From contig CAVZLN010000003.1 in NCBI GenBank assembly GCA_963776245.1, forward strand, positions 832,001 through 896,000: a DNA stretch of 64,000 bases, in the 5' to 3' direction. Below, piece by piece: positions 56,961 through 64,000 of this stretch. This DNA is from Candidatus Eiseniibacteriota bacterium. GTDB lineage: Bacteria > Eisenbacteria > RBG-16-71-46. The translations under genes were made by a program, and so were the position numbers. Every line of letters begins with the position of its first letter. Within the stretch, counting starts at the first letter, position 1. The notes under the pieces are model-generated. The model ran no database searches. It worked only from the letters and a program-made list of their open reading frames with translations, and was not told where the DNA came from.

Positions 56961-58892
56961 TCACCCCGTCCGCGCGCGCCGCATGCGGCGCTGGTAGAAG
57001 TAGGACACCGCGAGCAGCACCACGCCCACCAGCACCGCGCTCACGAAGCGCCAGAACACGTCCACCTCGGCGAGATCGGCGAGGGCGAACTTGGCCACCG
57101 TGAGCCCCAGCAGGCCGAGCCCGAGCCAGCGCAGGTACGCCGAGCGCCTCCGCCAGCCCGCGGCCACCAGCCCCGCGGCCTGCAGCGTCCACAGCGCGCT
57201 CGAGAGGAACGCCTGCAGCATGCCGACCCGCTGCGACAGAGCCGGCGCGCCGAGCGCAGGCGGCTTCGCCCAGCGCCCGCCGGTGCCCTCGAGCGCGCGC
57301 GCGAGGTGATCGGCCTCGGCCGCGCTGTAGATGATCAGCATCACCATCGCCGCCATCACCCAGCTGCGCGAGAGCACCTTGCGCCATTCCACGCCGAAGC
57401 GGTCCTCGCGCCGCAGCAGGGCGCCGGTCACCAGCACCAGGGCGATGCCCGCGAGCGATCGCAGGCTGTGCGGATGCACGAACGGGATCTCGCTCAGCTC
57501 CACCGTGCCGTGCTCGAGCAGCCCGAACAGATGCACGAGGCCGCCCACGCACGACACCGTGGCCCCGAGACCGCGCAGCCAGGCGCCGCGCCGGCCGGAG
57601 CCCAGCCACACCAGCGCCGCGCCCTCGGCGAGCCACGCGAGCGAGAGGTAGGAGGTCCCCACGGCGCGCTCGACCGCGATGGTGACGAACAGCGTCGCGC
57701 CCGCGGTGAGCGGTCGCCAGGCGTCGTCCGAGGGACGCCGGGAATCGATCCACCACGCCGCGGCGGCGTGCACCCCGGCGAGCGCCAGCAGCAGCACCGC
57801 GGCCGGGATCCGGGACGCATACTCGAGGAACGGCCACGACGCGACGGCGAACAGCAGCGGGGCCGCGACGATGACCGCCAGCTCGGACGGACGCGCACGC
57901 TCCGCGGTGCGCGCGAGGCGCGCCAGCGGCGCGAGCCCGACGACGGCGTAGAGCACGGCGAGCCCGCACTCGGGTCCCCAGCCCCACGTGCGGGGCGGGA
58001 ACGCGGGGATCCACGCCAGGGTCGTGAGGCCGAGGGACCCCAGCGCGAGCAGCGACCAGCCGGCGCGCGCGCCGAGCGCGAACACCACGGCGTTCACCAC
58101 CGCGAGGTAGCCGAGCAGCGCCGGCGGCCCGAGGTCGAACCCGCGCAGATGGAGCAGGCCCGACATCAGCTGGGGCACGAACGCGCCGATCACGCCCAGC
58201 GCCGCGATCGCCTGCGCGCGGTAGCGCAGGCCCACGGTCATGGTGCCGAACGAGGCGAACGCGAGCAGCGGCAGCGCGGCCGCGGTGGGGAGCACGTGGA
58301 GCGTGAACCAGCCGAGGTAGAGCGAGAGGTACGCGACTCCGAGCCCCACGCCGATGAGCGCGTGCCCGATCGGGGGGAGCGTGCGCGCGAGCCGGTCGCC
58401 GCGCCACGCCAGCGCGGCCCCGAACAGCACGCCGGCCATCACGAGCACCGCGGGGCCGAGCCGTCCGGAGGTGTACCCCCACAGGATGCTGAAGAACGCG
58501 CCGAGCATCACGAGCACCGCGCCGGCATTCTGCATCCACAGCCCGCCGACCATCTCCTCGGCGCGCGCGCTGTCGAAGAACGGGCGCGCGGAGCGAGCCG
58601 CGGAGTCTTCCGCGGGGGGCGCGGCGGCCGGGGCGGCGGCCGGGGGCGCGGCGGCCGCGCCCGCCAGCGGGAACGGGATCGGCGGGGGCGCCGGGGCGCC
58701 CGCGCGCGCGTCGTCGGGAGGGGGCACCGCGACCAGCGCCGCGCCGCGCTCGGCCTCGAGCCGGCGCACGCGCTCGCGCAATCCCGCGGTCTCGCGCTCG
58801 GCACGGCGCGCCGCCACCAGCGCCCACACCGGCATCACGAACCAGCCCAGCCCGAGGATGACGGCGAAGAACCACACGGCGGGACCCTCCAC
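56961..58892 (-). CDS. DUF2339-like polytopic membrane protein
   Basis: N-terminal TM and coiled coil, Pro/Ala linker, E..VG..W...G; C-terminal K....DL......R.VS..LVG..LL..S..Y; start approximate. Confidence 0.75.
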   Translation of the reverse strand: MEGPAVWFFAVILGLGWFVMPVWALVAARRAERETAGLRERVRRLEAERGAALVAVPPPDDARAGAPAPPPIPFPLAGAAAAPPAAAPAAAPPAEDSAARSARPFFDSARAEEMVGGLWMQNAGAVLVMLGAFFSILWGYTSGRLGPAVLVMAGVLFGAALAWRGDRLARTLPPIGHALIGVGLGVAYLSLYLGWFTLHVLPTAAALPLLAFASFGTMTVGLRYRAQAIAALGVIGAFVPQLMSGLLHLRGFDLGPPALLGYLAVVNAVVFALGARAGWSLLALGSLGLTTLAWIPAFPPRTWGWGPECGLAVLYAVVGLAPLARLARTAERARPSELAVIVAAPLLFAVASWPFLEYASRIPAAVLLLALAGVHAAAAWWIDSRRPSDDAWRPLTAGATLFVTIAVERAVGTSYLSLAWLAEGAALVWLGSGRRGAWLRGLGATVSCVGGLVHLFGLLEHGTVELSEIPFVHPHSLRSLAGIALVLVTGALLRREDRFGVEWRKVLSRSWVMAAMVMLIIYSAAEADHLARALEGTGGRWAKPPALGAPALSQRVGMLQAFLSSALWTLQAAGLVAAGWRRRSAYLRWLGLGLLGLTVAKFALADLAEVDVFWRFVSAVLVGVVLLAVSYFYQRRMRRARTG

Positions 58893-58995
58893 GCGTGAAG
58901 CCGAGGCTTCCGATCGCGGCCAGCATAGCGCCCTCGGGCGGCGGACGGAATCCGCGGCGGCGCGCGCGAGCGCTCGCGACGCGCTAGGATGCGGC

Positions 58996-59853
58996 ATGCT
59001 CACGCGCCGGAGATTCCTGCGGACCGGTGGGGCGGCCGCGGCCGGCGCCCTGGTCGGGGGCGTGTACGGCGTGCGCTTCGAGCCCCACTGGCTGGAGGTC
59101 ACGCGCCGCGAGCTGCCGGTCGCGGGGCTGCCGGGCACGCTGCGCGGGGCGACGCTGGTCCAGCTCAGCGACCTGCACGTCGGCGGGTGGATGGACGACG
59201 GCTACATCGTCTCGGTGCTCGAGCGCGTGCGCCGGCTGGCGCCCGACTTCATCGTCCACACCGGCGACTTCGTGACCCAGCGCCTCGGCGGGCCCTTCCT
59301 CGAGCGCCTGTCCCGGGTGATGCGTCACGCGCCGCGCGGCCGGCTCGGCACTCTCGGCATCCTGGGCAACCACGACTACGGCGGCGGATGGCTGGCGGCC
59401 GAGTACCCGGCCGAACGGGCGGCGGCGGTGTGCGCCCACGTGGAGGCCGCGGGAGTGACCATGCTCCGCAACGCGCACCTCACCCTCGCGGGCCTGACGT
59501 GGGTGGGGATCGACGATCTCTGGAGCGGGCGGCTCGACCTCGCGCGCGCGCTGGACGGCGTGCCGCCCGAGGCGCCGGCGATCCACCTCTGCCACAATCC
59601 GGATGGCGCCGACCTGCCGGGCTGGGAGGGCCGCCGCGGCTGGATCCTCTCGGGCCATACGCACGGCGGCCAGGTGCGACTGCCGTTCCTGCCCCCGCTG
59701 GTGCTCAACGTGCGCAATCGCCGCTACGTCGCGGGTGCGTTCGACCTGCGGGACGGGCGGCGGCTCTACGTCTCCCGCGGCGTCGGTTACGTGACGCCCA
59801 TCCGCATCGGCGTGCGCCCCGAGGTCGCGGTGTTCACGCTGGTGCCGGTGTGA
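58996..59853 (+). CDS. Tat-exported calcineurin-like metallophosphoesterase
   Basis: TRRRFL; SDLH, TGDF, LGNHD, CHNPD, SGHTHGGQ. Confidence 0.92.
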   Translation: MLTRRRFLRTGGAAAAGALVGGVYGVRFEPHWLEVTRRELPVAGLPGTLRGATLVQLSDLHVGGWMDDGYIVSVLERVRRLAPDFIVHTGDFVTQRLGGPFLERLSRVMRHAPRGRLGTLGILGNHDYGGGWLAAEYPAERAAAVCAHVEAAGVTMLRNAHLTLAGLTWVGIDDLWSGRLDLARALDGVPPEAPAIHLCHNPDGADLPGWEGRRGWILSGHTHGGQVRLPFLPPLVLNVRNRRYVAGAFDLRDGRRLYVSRGVGYVTPIRIGVRPEVAVFTLVPV

Positions 59854-59868
59854 GGCCGATCCTCCACC

Positions 59869-60996
59869 CTACCCCTTCGCCGCTCCCTCGCCGGCGCGGC
59901 CGCGCTCGTAGTACGCGGCCGTGAGGCGCTTCATGATGTCCGCACGGCGGTCGTAGAGGCGCTTGTGCCGGCGCGGCGCGTGCTTCGCGAGCGCGTACGC
60001 GGCGAGCAGCGGCAGCCCGATGGTCGAATCGGTGTAGCAGATGACCGTGCCCGGCAGCTGGTCGGGGTCGATCTTGCCCCACGACACCGCCTCGGCCGGC
60101 GTGGCGCCGGAGAGGCCGCCGGTGTCGGGCCTCGCGTCGGTCACCGCGAGGAAGTAGTCGTGGCCCTTCTCCGCGATGCCCAGGACCTCCTGGATCTGCG
60201 GCTCGGTCTGGAGCAGGAAGTTCTTGGGGCTGCCGCCGCCGAGGATGAACACGCCGCTCTTGCCACCCGCGGCCTTGGCGTCCCACACGATGCCCGCGGT
60301 CTCATTGACGTCGGCGTTCACGTCGATCATGAGCTTCGAGCCCTCGAGCGCCTTGGCCGCCACGTTCATGCCGATCGAGGAGTCGCCGGGCGACGAGGTG
60401 TACACCGGCACCCCGTACTGGTGGGCCACCGCGAGCAGCGAGCGCTTCTTCAGCCCCAGCGCCTCCTCGCGCGCGCGGATGTACTTCCCGCACAGGAAGT
60501 GGAACTCCGCGCTGCTCATGGTGCGCTGGAACTCGGGCGCGGCGATGATCTGGCGGAAGAACGCGTCGGTGTCGAGCAGCACCGAGTAATCGAAGAAGAT
60601 GTCGTAGATGCGCACCACGCCCTGCTCGCGCAGCGCGACGTCGTCCACCTGGAAGGTGCCGCGGTGCAGCGGCAGCCCGAGACCGAAGTGGGTGTCGTGG
60701 TACAGGTTCGCGCCGGTGGACACGATCCAGTCCACGAACCCGGCCTCGATGAGCGGGATGATCGCGCTCATGCCGAGCCCGGCGGGGGTGAGCGCGCCGG
60801 TGAGCGAGAGCGCCACCGTGACGTCGTCCTCGAGCATGCGTTCGGTGAGCAGCCGGGCGCCCTCGCGCAGGCGCGCGGCGTTGTAGGCGAGGAACGCGCT
60901 CTCGATCAGCTCGGCCGCGGTCTCCCGGCCGGTGATGGCGGGCGGGTCGATGCGCGCGCCGGTGATGTGCGGGTTGCGGCTGCCGGGCTGGGACAT
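59869..60996 (-). CDS. Deoxyhypusine synthase-like protein (probable homospermidine biosynthesis)
   Basis: [39 protein letters not shown]. Confidence 0.9.
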   Translation of the reverse strand: MSQPGSRNPHITGARIDPPAITGRETAAELIESAFLAYNAARLREGARLLTERMLEDDVTVALSLTGALTPAGLGMSAIIPLIEAGFVDWIVSTGANLYHDTHFGLGLPLHRGTFQVDDVALREQGVVRIYDIFFDYSVLLDTDAFFRQIIAAPEFQRTMSSAEFHFLCGKYIRAREEALGLKKRSLLAVAHQYGVPVYTSSPGDSSIGMNVAAKALEGSKLMIDVNADVNETAGIVWDAKAAGGKSGVFILGGGSPKNFLLQTEPQIQEVLGIAEKGHDYFLAVTDARPDTGGLSGATPAEAVSWGKIDPDQLPGTVICYTDSTIGLPLLAAYALAKHAPRRHKRLYDRRADIMKRLTAAYYERGRAGEGAAKG

Positions 60997-61155
60997 GTCG
61001 GGGTGCCTCGTGCGTGCGGTGGTCGTTCGAGCGAGAGTGGCGGGGAAGATACCCGCTCGCGCGCGTTGCACCAACACCGGCGACACACCGGGATTGCGGG
61101 GCGCAGGTGCGTTCGGCGGGGGGTCGGCGAGGGCACTCCACACGTCGGGCGCGCG

Positions 61156-61230
61156 GTCGGCGAGGGCGCCCGAGTCCTCCACGGTGCAATACCCACACGC
61201 ACCGTTCCGGACCCGGGCGCTCTCGCCGAC
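61156..61230. repeat. Conserved hairpin element, copy 2
   Basis: Same architecture and identical loop AATACCCACAC as 48137-48215, with compensatory stem changes. Confidence 0.85.
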
Positions 61231-61234
61231 TCGG

Positions 61235-62047
61235 CTATGCGCGCAAGTGGGCCCCGATCGCGGTCGCGATCACCACGATGAGCCCGAACCCCACCTCGGC
61301 CAGCCCGAAGCGTTGCACACTCGTGCGCACCCGCCAGCGCGAGAGCCCGAACGCTGCGCGCAGCGCCAGCGCGGCGATGGCCGCGACGCCGAGCCACGGC
61401 GCCAGCCCGGCGCGGGCGAGCAGCGCCACGGCCGCCACGCCCGCCGCCTGCGCGACCAGCGCGGCCGCGACCGGCGCGGGCTCGCCGCGGTCGAGCCGCA
61501 GGCGCGCGCGCACGAACAGCACCGACGGCACGACGCGCGCCGCGAGCACGCCCCACAGCCCGAGTGAGGGCCCCGGCGCCCAGCCGGCCGCCAGCGGGAT
61601 GACCGCCGCGGTCGCGGCCAGCGCGAGCGCGCCCGCGATCTCGGCGGTCACCTCGCGCGCGCGCTGGCCGAGATCGGCCGCGAGCGCCAGCGCGGCCAGC
61701 GGCGCGGCGAGGGCGAGCGTCGGGATCACCGGGCCGCGCGCGAGCAGCACCGCGCCCGCGAGTGCCAGCGCGGCGAGTGCCACCAGCAGCGCGAACGCCC
61801 GCTCGGCAGCGGCGGTGCGGGCGTAACGCCGGCCGCGGCGCCGGTCGCCGAGCAACAGGCGCAGCGGCTGGCGCGCGAGGAACGCGGCCACCGCGGCGAA
61901 CGCCACCAGCGCGCCCGCCCACGAGGGTGCCACCGCGAGCCCGAGGACGATGGGCTCGCCGAGGAACGCCCAGCCGCCGTGCTCGGCGGGGAGCACGATG
62001 CGCCGCCAGGGCGTCGGCGCCGCGTCCGGGGCGGGCGCCGGGGTCAT
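61235..62047 (-). CDS. YwiC-like membrane protein
   Basis: [14 protein letters not shown] helices; G..E near C-terminus. Confidence 0.75.
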   Translation of the reverse strand: MTPAPAPDAAPTPWRRIVLPAEHGGWAFLGEPIVLGLAVAPSWAGALVAFAAVAAFLARQPLRLLLGDRRRGRRYARTAAAERAFALLVALAALALAGAVLLARGPVIPTLALAAPLAALALAADLGQRAREVTAEIAGALALAATAAVIPLAAGWAPGPSLGLWGVLAARVVPSVLFVRARLRLDRGEPAPVAAALVAQAAGVAAVALLARAGLAPWLGVAAIAALALRAAFGLSRWRVRTSVQRFGLAEVGFGLIVVIATAIGAHLRA

Positions 62048-62057
62048 CGCGCGCGGC

Positions 62058-63929
<1,872 letters not shown>

Positions 63930-64000
63930 GCAGCTCCTGTGGCGTGGGGTGGGAGCGGCCGTGGGCGGGGAATGTAGCGCGGGAGCGGTGCGCGGTTCCA

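Noticed and set aside
58600..58720. GC-rich quasi-repeats (GCGGCGGCCGGGG)
   Set aside because: They encode the Pro/Ala linker of the DUF2339-like protein
63980..64000. Third copy of the hairpin element (GGAGCGGTGCG)
   Set aside because: Only an 11-nt match; the following bases do not match the invariant loop

Overview
A very GC-rich bacterial chromosome segment with about 60 genes. A secreted protein with a FlgD-Ig/T9SS-like C-terminal domain and a Fibrobacter-type LexA-like box suggest an FCB-group lineage such as Ca. Eisenbacteria (inference). Main blocks: (i) a translationally coupled operon joining a CydA-like/cytochrome c membrane protein and its partner to a NuoEF-like subunit and a Cys-type formate dehydrogenase; (ii) ispH, an oxidative-stress cluster (AhpD-like, SOD, BCP), tnaA, moaD/E, queG, ETF-QO, trxB and nnrS; (iii) a MacAB-like exporter and further ABC systems; (iv) a mutagenesis cassette (small DUF6504-like gene, dinB, VOC, dnaE2) lacking imuA/imuB, with a TGCAC-N4-GTGCA palindrome in its promoter spacer; (v) a Cyc2-like monoheme cytochrome-porin, a YcaQ-type glycosylase and a deoxyhypusine-synthase-like gene. 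The most notable non-coding signals are a ~75-80 nt hairpin present twice (48137-48215, 61156-61230) with an invariant loop and compensatory stem changes, and two orphan structured intergenic regions with their own minus-strand promoter-like motifs (candidate ncRNAs). Several single-base frameshifts may be sequencing errors. No rRNA, tRNA, CRISPR array or transposase was recognised. All calls come from reading motifs by eye; no searches were run.
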